Positions 48,336 to 62,596 are shown, numbered from the stretch's first letter. The stretch is DNA of 64,000 nucleotides from Octopus sinensis (GCF_006345805.1 NC_042997.1:167710001-167774000), one strand, 5' to 3'. Translations and numbers: made by a program. Notes: a model not told the origin generated them from the letters alone.

Positions 48336-48659
48336 TCTAAAAATCCATAGATGTCGTTATTGTCTTCTTCTTCTTCTTCTTCTTCTTCTTCTTCCAATCA
48401 GGACTCACGCCATTAGAATAATCTCTAATTCGAGCCTACTTTAAGCTACTAAGAATGTGTATGGCAACTTGAAGATCTACCCACCACACGCGATAGACTG
48501 GCGGTTGCACAGGCGCGAAAGCTACATTGTTATCCTCATTCCGTAAACAGTGGCTTTTAACGGGTGGAGAGCTGAACCATCCTGGGGCACTGAGGATTCG
48601 CAATCTAGACTAGGGGCTGAAAGTTTACCACACCATAGTGGGTTACACCATGGTTCTTT

Positions 48660-48865
48660 TGCTTTGTGGCAGAAGTAGGAAGAAAGAGTGAGAGAAAGTT
48701 GTGGTGAAAGAGTACAGCGGGGTTCTCCCCCACCCCGCGCCAGAGCCTCGTAGAGCTTAGGTGTTTTTGCTTAATAAACACACACAATGCTCGGTCTGGG
48801 AATCGAAACCGCGTTCTTACGATCGCGAGTCCGCTGCCCTAACCACTGGGCCATTGCGCCTCCAC
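48660..48865 (-). mobile_element. tRNA-derived SINE family C, 5' part
   Basis: Reverse complement starts GTGGAGGCGCAATGGCCCAGTGGTTAGGGCAGCGG, B-box GGTTTCGATTCCC; body shared with 29936-30198. Confidence 0.75.
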
Positions 48866-49627
48866 TTGTTGGTGGTGCTGGTGGTAGTGGTCATAATGAT
48901 GATGATAGTGATGGTATTGGTAATGAGTATTTCGTTTTCTTTCCGTAGTTCATTTATGAAGCCCATCAAGTCCACATTAGATGTTTTGAGTACTCTGAGC
49001 TCAATGTCTTACAAGTGAGTTGTGGGATTCTCAGTCATGGTTTCTTCTGGGAGAAAGTTGGATTTTCTTTTACCCTTTCCCGCTTGCTTTCTCTTGAGAT
49101 TGAGTTTTCTTCTTGGAGAAGTTTTCTTGCTCTACTCTCTGAACTCTGTATCTGTTTCTTTTCCATGTCCACCCTGTTGTTACAAAATATTAAGGTGGCA
49201 CTAATGGTTATGATTGATGTGGATCCCTTAGTCGTCATACTTTTGGTCCTGAGCCATGAGGTGAGTTTTTAAAAACCATTTTCGGCACCTTTTGCTTGCT
49301 GTTGTTGCTGACTCTACTCTTGTTCGTTGCTCTCCTTCCTCCATATCTCTCCCTCCCCTTCAAACCCTCCTCTTTTTCTTTTTTCCCTCTCTCTCTTTCT
49401 TGTTCCCCATTTCAGAAAACCCGTTAAGTGGGATTTACCTCTGCAAGTGTAACAGCTGATCATTCTGCCATACATCGCCATACTCATTTTTAAAATTGTT
49501 TCTGCACTAACGACCGGATATAACCCGAAATAACTCTATAGTTTTCGAAAATCACTAGAACTTGATAATTTCATACTTCCGGTCACATAATCATTTTTCG
49601 TAACCTCTGCATTTATAACCTACCATA

Positions 49628-50019
49628 GGCGTAGGAGTGGCTGTGTGGTAAGTAGCTTGCTTACTGACCACATGGTTTCGGCTTCAGTCCCACTGCGTGG
49701 CACCTTGGGCCAGTGTCTTCTACTATAGCCTCGGGCCGACCAAAGCTTTGTGAGTGGATTTGGTAGACGGAAACTGAAAGAAGCCCGTCGTATATATGTG
49801 TATATATGCTTGTGTGTCTGTGTTTGTCCCCCCAACCTCGCTTGACAACCGATGCTGGTGTGTTTACGTCCTCGTAACTTAGCGTCTCGGCAAAATAGAC
49901 CAATAGAATAAGTACTAGGCTTAGAAAGAATAAGTCCTGGGGTCGATTTGCTTGACTAAAGGTGGTGCTCCAGCATGACCACAGTCAAATGACTGAAACA
50001 AGTAAAAGAGTAAAAGAGT
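49628..50019 (+). mobile_element. SINE family B, full length
   Basis: GGCGTAGGAGTGGCTGTGTGG head, internal TA/TG tract, (AAAAGAGT)n tail. Confidence 0.9.
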
Positions 50020-50039
50020 ACCTATATTATGCTAAAAAC

Positions 50040-50830
50040 GTGACGACTTGGGGAAACAGTGTCACAGGCTGCTACTGCCTTCACTGCAATTGCCGTGATT
50101 TTATAACAATGGTCTATCATTTAGTGTCCTCTAAATTCTGACGTTATCTCCTCCTCAATCAGCAGATTATTCTCTCCAACTTTCAAATAATTTAGCAAAT
50201 CCATCAGGAATTCGTTGACGTTTCGAACAACTATGAACTGAATGTAATTCTAAGGAGATTGGGACACATTTCCTTGTATGTCTTACTTACATTCGATCTG
50301 GAGTGGGTTTTATCTTTTGTTGATTGGTTCTTTTTCATGTGTTTTTGTTTGGTATCCTTGATAGTTTCCCACCTTTTCTTCAGTCTTCATTTCTTTTTCA
50401 TCAGTGTAAGACGATGAGATTTATTGTTGGTTGTTACCTCTAGTTAGCTCTTCTGGTGGGGAGCAGCCTCCTCACATTTTTGCTGCTCTGCCTCTTCGTC
50501 AGCTTCTGATACCCGCGATACTAAAGACGAGACGGTTCCCTCTGGCTGGGCAAGTGATCGGAGCTGCGACCGGTTGTACTGCAATAGCAGTAACTGCTGC
50601 CGTAGTTTTCGGAACTATTATTGTTTCTGCTGCATCTGCCATTACACATGTTTCCCTTATTTCCTTTGATTCTCCCTTGGAAAGAAAGTCTTCAAGTGAC
50701 CCTCGCTTTCACACGTGTAAACAGCAGAGCTTTCTGCCCGCCACTTTCAGTCTGACTATTTTCCTTTCTTTCCCCATAATGGGATACAGCTCTGTGATGG
50801 CCTTGTGGTTTTAGAAGGTTCCAGGAGGCT
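50040..50830 (-). mobile_element. Degraded LINE ORF1-like remnant
   Basis: YTCESEGHLKTF zinc-knuckle remnant followed by an E/K/T/A-rich tract. Confidence 0.35.
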
Positions 50831-51487
50831 ATCAATACCTTCATGCCCACGCAGACTCACCCAATCACGTGTTGTTGAGCGTTAACTCCACGAAACCCAC
50901 CTGCCCGTACTATACCTGTCAAGTGTCAACGACCGTCCCATCTCTCTTTCTCCCCCCCCCCTCTCTTTCTCATACACGTCAAGTGGTAAACTTAAATGAT
51001 AACACACTTCTGTCCTCGACTGAGTCAACGAGGAAGTTTCAACGTGGTCGTATGACACGCTAGAAATAGCCACAAAATTCCCTCAAATAACATCCAACCG
51101 TCTTCAAGAAGGAAGGAAACATTGGTTACTTTAATCCTAGACATGCGAAAGTTACCGACACTTATTTATGGAACGTCTTTGATTACTGGTATGTTCAATT
51201 AAGGGCCAGGGAACTAAAAGGAAACAAAAACTCGACTGGTATTTGATTATTGCGACATAATCTAAGAAAGTGTTTGTCATGAAGTACAACATTGACTGAA
51301 CCTTGGGTGGAGTGGTGACGCATTGACAAAACGGTCAGCTGATCTACAGCTTAGTTTTTGTCCAACTTTAACTCCAAAATAATCCCTAAATAAATCATAA
51401 CCACTGTTATAACAAGCATAAGGATTTTGTGATAATTTTCTTTGCAACCCCCTTCTGACAAACACTTCAGTGAGATGGTAACCAACA

Positions 51488-51537
<50 letters not shown>

Positions 51538-51876
51538 GTGTTTGTGTACTTGTGTACTTGTGTGTATATGTGTGTTGAAAATAGTGTATGTGTAAATTTG
51601 TGAAATAATGTGTCTCAAGTGAGCGTGTGCGTATGAACCATTGCCTTTATTTGTGTGTGTGCGTGCGTGTTTGGGTATCCCTTTGAATGCATGTGTGTGT
51701 GTGTGTTTGTGTGCGCGTGTATGTGTGTCGGTGTATTCGTGAATCATGAATACATTGAATGAGCAAAGACTTTTTATACATTAGTATATATGTGGTTTTA
51801 AATAGTAGTTAGAGGGTGACAAGGCAATCATAAGAACTTTGCAGCCTCTCTCTTTGATCGGCGATATTGTCACAGA

Positions 51877-52107
51877 GGCGGTGAGCTGGCAGAAACGTTA
51901 GCACGCCGGGCGAAATGCGTAGCCGTATTTCGTCTGCCGTTACGTTCTGAGTTCAAATTCCGCCGAGGTCGACTTTGCTTTTCATCCTTTCGGGGGTCGA
52001 TAAATAAAGTACCATTTACGCACTGGGGTCGATGTAAACGATTTAATCCCTTTGTCTGTCCTTCTTTGTCCCCTCGATGTTTAGCCCTTTGTGGTAATAA
52101 AGAAACA
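51877..52107 (+). mobile_element. SINE family A, full length
   Basis: 14-bp TSD GATATTGTCACAGA at 51863-51876 / 52108-52121. Confidence 0.92.
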
Positions 52108-52576
52108 GATATTGTCACAGATCAGCTCAAACCAAGGCATCACAACTGCTGGTTAAAATATGCCTCAAAATTGTGGAAAACGGTGGTCTGGGCCGGTTGC
52201 TTTGAACAAAGTGAACTCCTCGCGCCCACGCGTATGTGTGTGCGCAACCGTTTCATTTACTAATCGTTGCTTTAGTCGTTGAACTTGAGGCTGCACTGGG
52301 ACACAGCTTTCAAGAGTTTAGTCGATCAAATCGACATCATCGGACATCGTCGAATCGAGTACGCATTTTCACTTTGGTACTTATTTCATTGAAATTTATT
52401 TGTCGAACCGCTATGTTACATGGCATCATGTAAAAATACAAAAATACTGTTTGGTAGACCGGTGCAAGCTTGAATATAGACAAGGACATCAACAATATGG
52501 ATAATATATTAATAAATATGATTTACTATGTCGTGTGTGATTTAAGTCCGTAATACTCAATCTTATTCACGCTTTC

Positions 52577-52652
52577 TTCTTCTTCTTCTTCTTCTTCTTC
52601 TTCTTCTTCTTCTTCTTCTTCTTCTTCTTCTTCTTCTTCTTCTTCTTCTTCT
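52577..52652. repeat. (TTC)n microsatellite
   Basis: Direct reading. Confidence 0.95.
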
Positions 52653-53616
52653 TTCCCCTCTTCCTCTTTCTTCCACCACCTCTTCATCCTTTCTATTTTG
52701 GTGTAGATTCACTAGATTTTACGTAGAAGTCTACCTCCGATGAAGCTTACCACTCTTCTAGTTACATCTCTTTGCGGTCTTTTTATGGTTGCTTACATCT
52801 CATCTCCCTCCTGGCCAGTGACGTATATTTGATGGAATCTTTCTAAAGCTTTCCTGGTTGGACCGTGATTTTGTTCGTGTCATTAAGATACGTTTTTGTG
52901 TGATAAATGTCTTTGGAGGTTCATTCACTGCCAAGGTCCATGATGACGAAAATAACTCTAACTGTTCCTTAAGATGCTAACCGAATAAATGGAGAACCTC
53001 TATACAGTAGCTCGAAGTCCGGACTGCTAGAAATAACCGGCAAATTTCTCTCAAAATCAATACCTATGTTCTTGAAAAATAAACATTGCCATGTTACATA
53101 TACACTCGCGCGCGCACAGGCACACACACAATACAACTCAAATTGCTATTTCTATAAATGTTTTTAATGATCTTCCGTGCGCTTCAGACTATCGCAAAGC
53201 ATATGGCCGTAGATGCGGGATGAGCCAAACATGTATGCGCATTATACCCTTACGCCTTACTATCCCTAAAGGTGCAGATTCCAAACCGTTTCCACTTGAT
53301 TTACTGAAACGAAAGGATCTCAGCACTGATATAGCATATTCATTTTGATGATGATCTTCCTGATCTCAAAAGTGGCAACACCACACACACAATTTGTTAT
53401 GTTTTGCAAAGTTCGGAAGAAAAATTTCTGTTATGTGCTATAAAAGAAATCCAACGAAACACACAGAAATTAATCAATAGTTGCCGACATGGTTATAACA
53501 TGACGTAAGGTTAATTTCATTGGAGAATGATGAAACGATTGTAAACGAGGTATTAAAATAATTTGCTAACTACATTCTTCGATATTTGTTATTATATCCA
53601 TCCATCCATCCACACA

Positions 53617-53663
<47 letters not shown>

Positions 53664-54299
53664 TATATTTCAAGTGTCATTGTAGCCATTTAGTCGTTTA
53701 AAATACAACAAAACTGTTATATTCACTTCCATTTATTTCTTAATAGTATTGGTATTTATGAAACCTTTAAGAAATGAAACCTTTCAGTCGCGTGGTCGCA
53801 GACAAACGACAAAACATATACTTTATTGGACAGCAGAATCAAGAAATAAATTATGGTTAATGTAATAGCTTTTGTGTTCTTTGGTGGCTAAGATAACTTT
53901 TCCAATGTTGTATTAGCTTCATTTTTAATATATGATCTCACATTGAGTCAGTCAACATCATTGGCTTCGCAACGATTTTAACACTGAGCGTTCCAGTTGT
54001 TCAATCGACTGAACAATTTTTTCATTGATTTATAAGTAGCTGAGTGTTCTAATGTAACCCGTAACCAGGCAAAGAGTGACTGCAGCAAAGCTGATTCCTT
54101 GAATCATGGGTACAGTTTCTCTACAGATCGAGTTTATGTTTACTGAGCTTCTCTCACAAGCCTTGAATCCAAGATGAAACTATTGCAGAAGTCACTTGCT
54201 CAAGACTGTATGCAATGTAACCGAACTCGAAACCTCTACATTGCTGCCAGTATGTATACACACACATACATGCAGAGTCATACATATATAGGCACACAT

Positions 54300-54918
<619 letters not shown>

Positions 54919-55196
54919 ATGTAGGGGAGAAATAGGGAGATTGAATGGGAGGGTAAAAGAAAGTTAAGAGGTCATGTCAGAGATAAGGAGAGAATTAAAA
55001 ACTGAAAGGGTAACAAATCTACAACCACACACACACAAACAGATACATAGGCACTCACACACTCATGCAGACAAGCATAGACATACATATACACATATCA
55101 CACAAAAACATATACAAGTATATAAGCACACTGAAATACATATACAGACCCACAGAAATACAGTTACGTACACATACACATACAGACACACATAGT

Positions 55197-55616
55197 GGCG
55201 CAGGAGTGGCTGTGTGGTAAGTAGCCTGTCTACCAACCACATGGTCCGGGTTCAGTCCCACTGCGTGGCACCTTGGGCAAGTGTCTTCTACTATAGCCTC
55301 GGGCCGACCAAAGCCTTGTGAGTGGATTTGGTAGACGGAAACTGAAAGAAGCCTGTCGTATATATGTATATATATATATGTATATGTGTGTATATGTTTG
55401 TGTGTCTGTGTTTGTCCCCCCTAGCATTGCTTGACAACTGATGCTGGCGTGTTTACGTCCCCGCTACTTAGCTGTTCGGCAAAAGAGACCGAAAGAATAA
55501 GTACTGGGCTTAGAAAGAATAAGTCCTGGGGTCGATTTGCTCGACTAAAGGCGGTGCTCCAGCATGGCCGCAGTCAAATGACTGAAACAAGTAAAAGAGT
55601 AAAAGAGTAAAGAGAG
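55197..55616 (+). mobile_element. SINE family B, full length
   Basis: Closely similar to 49628-50019. Confidence 0.9.
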
Positions 55617-56309
55617 TTATGTATTCAATAATATATTAACAGCCATAATCAAATAACTATACACAGGCGGCGAACTGGCAGTCATGCATATTCAGGCAAC
55701 CAATAACAGATACGCATTCACCACATAATCGTATGACAAACAAATTGACACACACAGACATACGCATACACATACGTACATTCGAACAGCTTACATGCAG
55801 ATACGCATACCACACATAATGAAATACCTACTAACTTTTACACAAATAAATACCCAACACGTTGTTTGTTATACATGCACATAGTCTGATACTGAGAAGT
55901 TGTTTCATAAACATATACACACACACATACAAACACAGGTAAATAAAGTTTTCTTTTCAGAACCGGAAACATATTGAGAACTCGGTGTTGAGCGAGGGAG
56001 GTTCAAAATACAGATATGTCGTGTATGTGACAAAGAAAGACATAACGAAAGAAAGAAAAAAAGAAAAAAGAAAGTAAGAGTGGGAGGGATACGAAGTGGG
56101 ATTATCATACAAACGGGGTGAGACATCACAAGTACCAGGGGTTACTTATGCTGACGGACGTAAAATTTGGGTGAACCGAAAGAGAGAGAGAGAGAGAGAG
56201 ATGCCACTGCTCCACGTAAGTTTTATTGTTTTGTTAGTTGTTATTGTTAAACTCCGGTTCAACCTTATTATCAAAAGTGTTTCAACTGGAAAAATCTCGT
56301 CGTCTATAT

Positions 56310-56311
56310 TT

Positions 56312-56378
<67 letters not shown>

Positions 56379-56703
56379 GTGTGTGTGTGTGTGTGTGTGT
56401 GTGTATGCGTACTCTTTTACTTGTTTCAGTCTACTCTGGCCATGCTGGAGCACCACCTTTAGTGGAGCAAATCGGCCCCAGGACTTATTCTTTGTAAGCC
56501 TAGTACTTGTTCTAGCGGTGTTTTTCGCCGAACCGCTAAGTTACGGGGACGTAAACACATCAGCATCGGTTGTCAAGCGATGTTGGGGGGGGGGAGAAAC
56601 AAGCACAAACATAAACACACAGACACACACACACGCACACACATGCACACACACATATATATATATACACATACATACATAAACATATATGTATGTATAT
56701 GCC

Positions 56704-56755
<52 letters not shown>

Positions 56756-57044
56756 ATATACACATATATAGATATGCATATATATGTGTATATATAGATA
56801 CATGCATATAAATATATATATATATTTATACAAGATAAGAAAATGGAGAAATACATCTAAATCAAATATCAATTACCAGATAATACTCAATCCCATACTT
56901 TATTAAACCACCACATAAGAGACTGTAGGGTTAAATATAAAAAGCAGAACAAATCAGTGTACATAAAGGAATGTACATAAAAAAGTGTACATAAAAGAGT
57001 AATATATCCCATGGCGGGTTGCATTTACAACCTCTATCTCATTT

Positions 57045-57137
<93 letters not shown>

Positions 57138-57215
57138 TGTATATATACATACATACATATCAATATGTATATATACATACATACATATCTATATGTATAT
57201 ACACACATACACACA
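56310..57215. repeat. Microsatellite block ((TCTA)n, (TA)n, (CA)n) with a family B SINE 3' half (56410-56620, -)
   Basis: Direct reading. Confidence 0.8.
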
Positions 57216-57229
57216 CATACGCTGGTTTT

Positions 57230-57860
57230 AATAAATAAAAAGAAAGATAGGTAGAAAGAGTGACGCAGGAAAAAAAGGATTGGTATTAAGGATAAAATAA
57301 GGTATATATATCCTTAATACCGATCCTTGTTTTCCTCCCTCACTCTCTCTACCTCTCTATTTATTTTTCTTTCTTTTTACCCCTTAATAGCCACCTCCTC
57401 TACCACCTCCGCGTTTATTTCTGGGTATTTACACTATTAAGACTTTAACCTACATGGATTTTATGGACTAACATCTACACGATCGGATTGTTGAACTGTG
57501 AACTTTTATGCTTCTTTTTTCTTCTCTTTCTTCATCTCCTTATTCCTTTTCTCCTGTCCCATCTGTCGTCCCTTTATTAATCTATACCCTTCTCATTTTC
57601 CCTATTTGTCTCAGATGACGGAATATCCCATACTCTGGGATATCTCAGAAACGGCTGTAAGACTCAATTTTTCCAATAATAATAACGTATATGAATTGAG
57701 ATGTTTGTCTTGCCTTAACTTTCGTTGTCCTCTTTTACAATTATATATCCGCTATATTGGAAACCTACAATGGTTCCATATCTCCTGTATCGGCTATAAC
57801 ATTGGAGTCCTGGCAATCCGTTATAGCACTTACCCCGCGTACCTAGAAGATCACTTGTGA
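57230..57860 (+). mobile_element. Penelope-like terminal-repeat remnant with a long hairpin and a degenerate hammerhead
   Basis: Hairpin 57230-57366; CAGATGA..stem..GAAAC-GGCT-GTA-AGAC at 57606-57668. Confidence 0.4.
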
Positions 57861-57877
57861 ACTAAACCGCCATATTT

Positions 57878-57919
<42 letters not shown>

Positions 57920-58143
57920 TTAATCAGCCGAAATTGCGAGGATGATCCGGTTCTTGAAAAGGCTTCAAATGAGCCGTCCGTGTTTTTTTTTTTGTATCGT
58001 CTATCTGGATGTTTTGTATCCCCTAGTTGTCTGGATGTTTTGCGTTCTTGTCCCATTTGCTTAAAATTACTAAGTCTCTCTAAAGGAGATTACGGCAGCG
58101 TTACTGGAAATTAATAGTTATCGCCATACTAATATGGCAGTCT

Positions 58144-58179
<36 letters not shown>

Positions 58180-58190
58180 TCAGTAATAAT

Positions 58191-58899
58191 AGGGTTTAGC
58201 AACGATTTGCCTCACCACACACCGAATTTAGAAATAGCAGTCAAAGAGTTATAGCTATTCTTTCTACTAAAAGGGAGATCTCAGTAAAACCACAGCACTT
58301 GAAAGGCAAAGACGGACAGGCAAGAGAGAAAGAAATGACGGCAATCTATCATACAATTTTAAGTCACCTACGGACATACGTTTCGAAATTAAGTTTTAGG
58401 AAAGCATAAGAATTAGATAATTATGTCTTACCCAACTTCTTTTCTCATCAGCGTAGGACACTACAATTATGAATAATTGTATATTAAATTTCGAGGTACT
58501 AGAAGACATCATCTCAACTCAGTATCAGAGCGAGCTAAAGCCGTTACCAGTATCACCAAATTCAAAGTGTGAATGAAAGTTTGTGTCACCAACCCCCTCC
58601 CACCAGCGTGCAGCCAAGACAAGATGTTGTGGTCATTTACTGGGATGAAATATGGTTATCAGTAATAATATAGGGTGAAATTAATTAATTTGGAATAATC
58701 ATTAATTTCACCAAGTAGATTTGTGACTTAAAATTGTATGATAGATTGCCGTCATTTCTTTCTCTCTTGCCTGTCTGTGTTTGCCTTTCAAGTGCTGTGG
58801 TTTTACTGAGATCTCCCTTTTAGTAGAAAGAATAGCTATAACTCTTTGACTGCTATTTCTAAATTCGGTGTGTGGTGAGGCAAATCGTTGCTAAACCCT
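58191..58899. mobile_element. Foldback/MITE with 177-bp near-identical inverted arms inside (TA)n
   Basis: 58191-58367 and 58723-58899 are reverse complements with ~2 mismatches; TA arrays on both sides. Confidence 0.85.
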
Positions 58900-58909
58900 T
58901 AATTACTTA

Positions 58910-58955
<46 letters not shown>

Positions 58956-59535
58956 TCACATAGAATAATATATCTCTTAAAATTAATCATCAGAGGCAAA
59001 TAGCACGCAGCTATATAACACATGCGTACATTCCTTACTTTGTACTGAAAGTGTAAGCAAATTTTATTCCTCTACTCGTTAGGTTATATTTTGTGCCTTC
59101 TTCAGTTGAACTCAAGGTAGATGCAATGGCTAAATACATTAGTATTTTCATTGAAGTTGAAAAACATTGAAAACTACGTTTGTCAAGCATCAAAAAGCCT
59201 TTACTGAATTATGTATATTGAATTTCAGGCATTAAATAAGCATTTTCACAATTATATGGAAGTTATTTACCTTTTATATCTAAGTTTCAATATTTATAGT
59301 TTTATATTGCGTAAGTACCGAGTCATTGGAAAGCTCTTAATTTGAAAGATTATTATTTAAAGAAGATCTACTACTTCTATAACTATTGGTATGCTGTTAA
59401 TGTTCACTGTCGACAACGTTATACGATTCGAATTACAGGGTTTGCAGGCTAAATTTGACAGTTAGTATAATAAGAAAAGAAAGCACAGTATCCCATCCAA
59501 AAATAAAAGTATTTTAAAAAATCAAAAAATATTTA

Positions 59536-60920
59536 CGAGGTTGGGAGATAATAGTTTACTCAAAGTAGCCGCCCTCAGCTCCCACCATAACTTTGAGATG
59601 GCTCTAGAACCTGGCGCATGATTTTCTCACTGTTTCCCTGGAGAGATCATCAAACACCACTTTGATCTTGAGCACCAGTTCGGCCTTGATGTTGTAGGTA
59701 GAACGACTGGTGTCTTTCTGGTATCTTTCTCAACTGCATCCTACACATAGTAATCCACGGGATTACGATCAGAGGAATTGCGAGGCTAGAAACTGGGGCT
59801 GGTGTAGTTGAAGAAATTCTCCGACAACCACTTCTGACTCTTTCCGGAGTAAAGGAGCTGAATCATCCTGCCACACATATGGTTTTCCAGTGGCAACCCT
59901 CTCCAGTGAGGATTTGACCACAGTCTATAACAGCTTCACATAACCGCTTGAACTGAGCGTAAAATCCTGTTAAAAAATTTGAGGTAGCATGACATCATCC
60001 TCACTGGAGGCATACCCAAAGACCATTTGTTTTCTACTGGCCACAACTTCATAGTTTCAGTTTCAGCCATCCAGGTCACATCTTACAACCTTTATAGGGT
60101 TCACATAGCACTGAGCCGCAGTCATGATGTCGACATTTTGAGAATCATCATGACACAGGTAATTCTTTTTCAATATTCAGATGGCTTCCAAGGCGGCGAG
60201 GTGGCAGAAACGTTAGTACGCCGGGTGAAATGCTTAGCAGTATTTCGTCTGCCGTTACGTTCTGAGTTCAAATTCCGCCGAGGTCAACTTTGCCTTTCAT
60301 CCTTTCGGGGTCGATAAATTAAGTAAATTAAGTACCAGTTACGCACTGGGGTTGATGTAATCGACTTAATACTTATGTCTGTCCTTGTTTGTCCCCTCTA
60401 TGTTTAGCCCCTTGTGGGTAATAAAGAAACAGGTATTTCGTCTGCCGTTACGTTCTGAGTTCAAATTCCACCGAGGTCGACTTTGCCATTTATCCTTTCG
60501 GGGTCGATTAAATAAGTACCAGTTACGCACTGGGGTCGATATAATCGACTTAATCCGTTTGCCTGTCCTTGTTTGTCCCCTCTGTGTTTAGCCCCTTGTG
60601 GGTAGTAAAGAAATAGGTATTTCGTCTGTCTTTACATTCTGAGTTCAAATTCCGCCGAGGTCAACTTTGCCTTTCATCCTTTCGGTGTCGATAAATTAAG
60701 TACCAATTGCATACTGGAGTCGATCTAATCGACTGGCCCCCTCCCCTCAAAATTTCGGGCCTTGTGCTTAGAGTAGAAAAGAATATTCAGATGGCTTCCA
60801 GTCCCGTATGTCAGGTAACTTTTTCCCAGCTACAACTTTAATCTTTGTGCTCTTCAATGCCGTCGACAGTTTACCGATACAGCAAGCTGTTCTCGAAAAA
60901 GGGAGGCATATGAGATCGTC
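59536..60920 (-). mobile_element. maT-type (DD37D) transposase fossil, internally deleted, interrupted by the SINE trimer
   Basis: MVFGYASSEDDVMLP...KPYVWQDDSAP..SGKSQKWLSENF..NPVDYYV..AEGGYFE; D-37-D spacing inferred after restoring a small deletion; right end not defined. Confidence 0.8.
60191..60781 (+). mobile_element. Tandem SINE family A trimer inside a single TSD
   Basis: 19-bp TSD AATATTCAGATGGCTTCCA at 60172-60190 / 60782-60800; one head, three bodies; the last body has the alternative tail. Confidence 0.92.
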
Positions 60921-61078
60921 AAATCTAGCCCGAACACAATGTAGTTGATAATGAAAATACTTTTGTTTGCTGCTCCAAATAATTATGAAAGGTATTTGTG
61001 TTTGGCTTTTAATGGTAGTTGTTTGGAAGATTTATCCAATATCTAATTCCAGAAATTGCAATTATATTTATCTCCAAA

Positions 61079-61290
61079 CTAGCAGTATCGCCTGGCGTTG
61101 CTCGGGTTTGTTTCAACACTTTAGAATTGGAATTTTTGAAAAGTAAAAATTTTGCATTATGTAGCTTGTTATTGTCTTTAAGTGAACATTTTCTGGTTGA
61201 AATACACCGAAAAATGGCGACACAGCAGTCAAAAAATCGTAAAAAATTGGGATTTTCATAGAAAAAAAGCACCTTTTTTATCTAAATAAT
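61079..61290 (-). mobile_element. Helitron-type 3' end remnant
   Basis: Reverse complement ends CAAACCCGAGCAACGCCAGGCGATACTGCTAG|T, as at 37453-37484; interior differs; 5' end not found. Confidence 0.65.
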
Positions 61291-61690
61291 TTTTGGTTCG
61301 ATTTGAATTTTTCTTCTACAGAAGGAAGAGCAAGCCTTCTTCTATCATACTCTCAATTTTGATCAACTTGCACCGCAGGGTCTCGGGAGAGATAGTGTTA
61401 GTTGAAGGCTACCAAACCTGCCAAACACAGACAACTTCAGCTTTATATTTATCTCTAAATAAATCTTCCAAGCAACAATGTTGTGTTGTACTGAGGAGCT
61501 GGTGATTACATGTGTAATAGCTTATATAAATGTATGACACAATCATTTCCAATAGTGCATTAGAGGAGGAGGGGGGTCATTGTTCATTAGATATTTTGTA
61601 GCAATCTCTTGTGCTTAGATTGCAAAAATGTAGTTTTCAAAATGTGACATGCTGTAGGAGTTTCATGTTCTCAGTCAATATTAGCATCAT

Positions 61691-62105
61691 TACTTTTTTA
61701 CTCTTTTACTTGTTTCAATCATTTGACTGTGGCCATACTGGAGCACTGCCTTTAGTCGAGAAAATCGACCCCAGGACGTATTGTTTGTAAGCCCAGTACT
61801 TATTCTATCGTTCTCTTTTTGCAGAACCGCTAAGTTACGGGGACGTAAACACACCAGCATCGGTTGTCAAGCGATGTTGGGGGACAAACAGACACGCAAA
61901 CATATACACACACATACACATAAATATATATATACATATATACGACGGGCTTCTTTCAGTTTCCGTCTACCAAATTCACTCGCAAGGCTTTGGTCGGCTC
62001 GAGGCTGTAGTAGGAGACACTTGCCCAAGGTGCCACGCAGTGAGACTGAACCCGGAACCATGTGGTTGGTAAGCAAGCTACTTACCACACAGCCACTCCT
62101 ACGCC
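61691..62105 (-). mobile_element. SINE family B, full length
   Basis: Reverse complement of the 55197 type. Confidence 0.9.
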
Positions 62106-62596
62106 TCAAATTTCTAAAATTTCTAAAAATATATTAATTCATATGTTGTTGGCATGAGGGGCCGCATAAGTTATATCAAGCGACTCACGGAAAGCTGTCT
62201 GTATTGATCTCAGACCTCTTTCCTTCTATTGTTCTTCTACATTGAACCTATCTTTATAGCTAGTCGCATAAAAGCTTCTAACTGATATTAGAATCTTACG
62301 AGTTTTATTATCAATGCAGCAATTTGTTTTCTATTGCTTAGTCAAATATCTCGAAAGTTGCATCTAGTATTAAAGATACATTTAGATATTGTCATGTATG
62401 AAGAGAGATTAGGTTGCCATATTTTAAAATGTCCTTTGAAATATTCTTTGGTCATAGTCTCTTTTCGTCTATACTTAGGTATTTGTGGTACTTATTATGT
62501 GAAGCACAGACAATAGAAAGACCTATCAGGAATGAACATTTCTTTTGACTAAATTCCATCCATGCGTCAATTGAAAACGTCCAGCTGTTACTCATA

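Noticed and set aside
51877-51965. tRNA gene candidates (A/B boxes in SINE heads, also 5665, 29936, 48780-48865)
   Set aside because: No acceptor-stem closure; they continue into repeated SINE bodies with TSDs.
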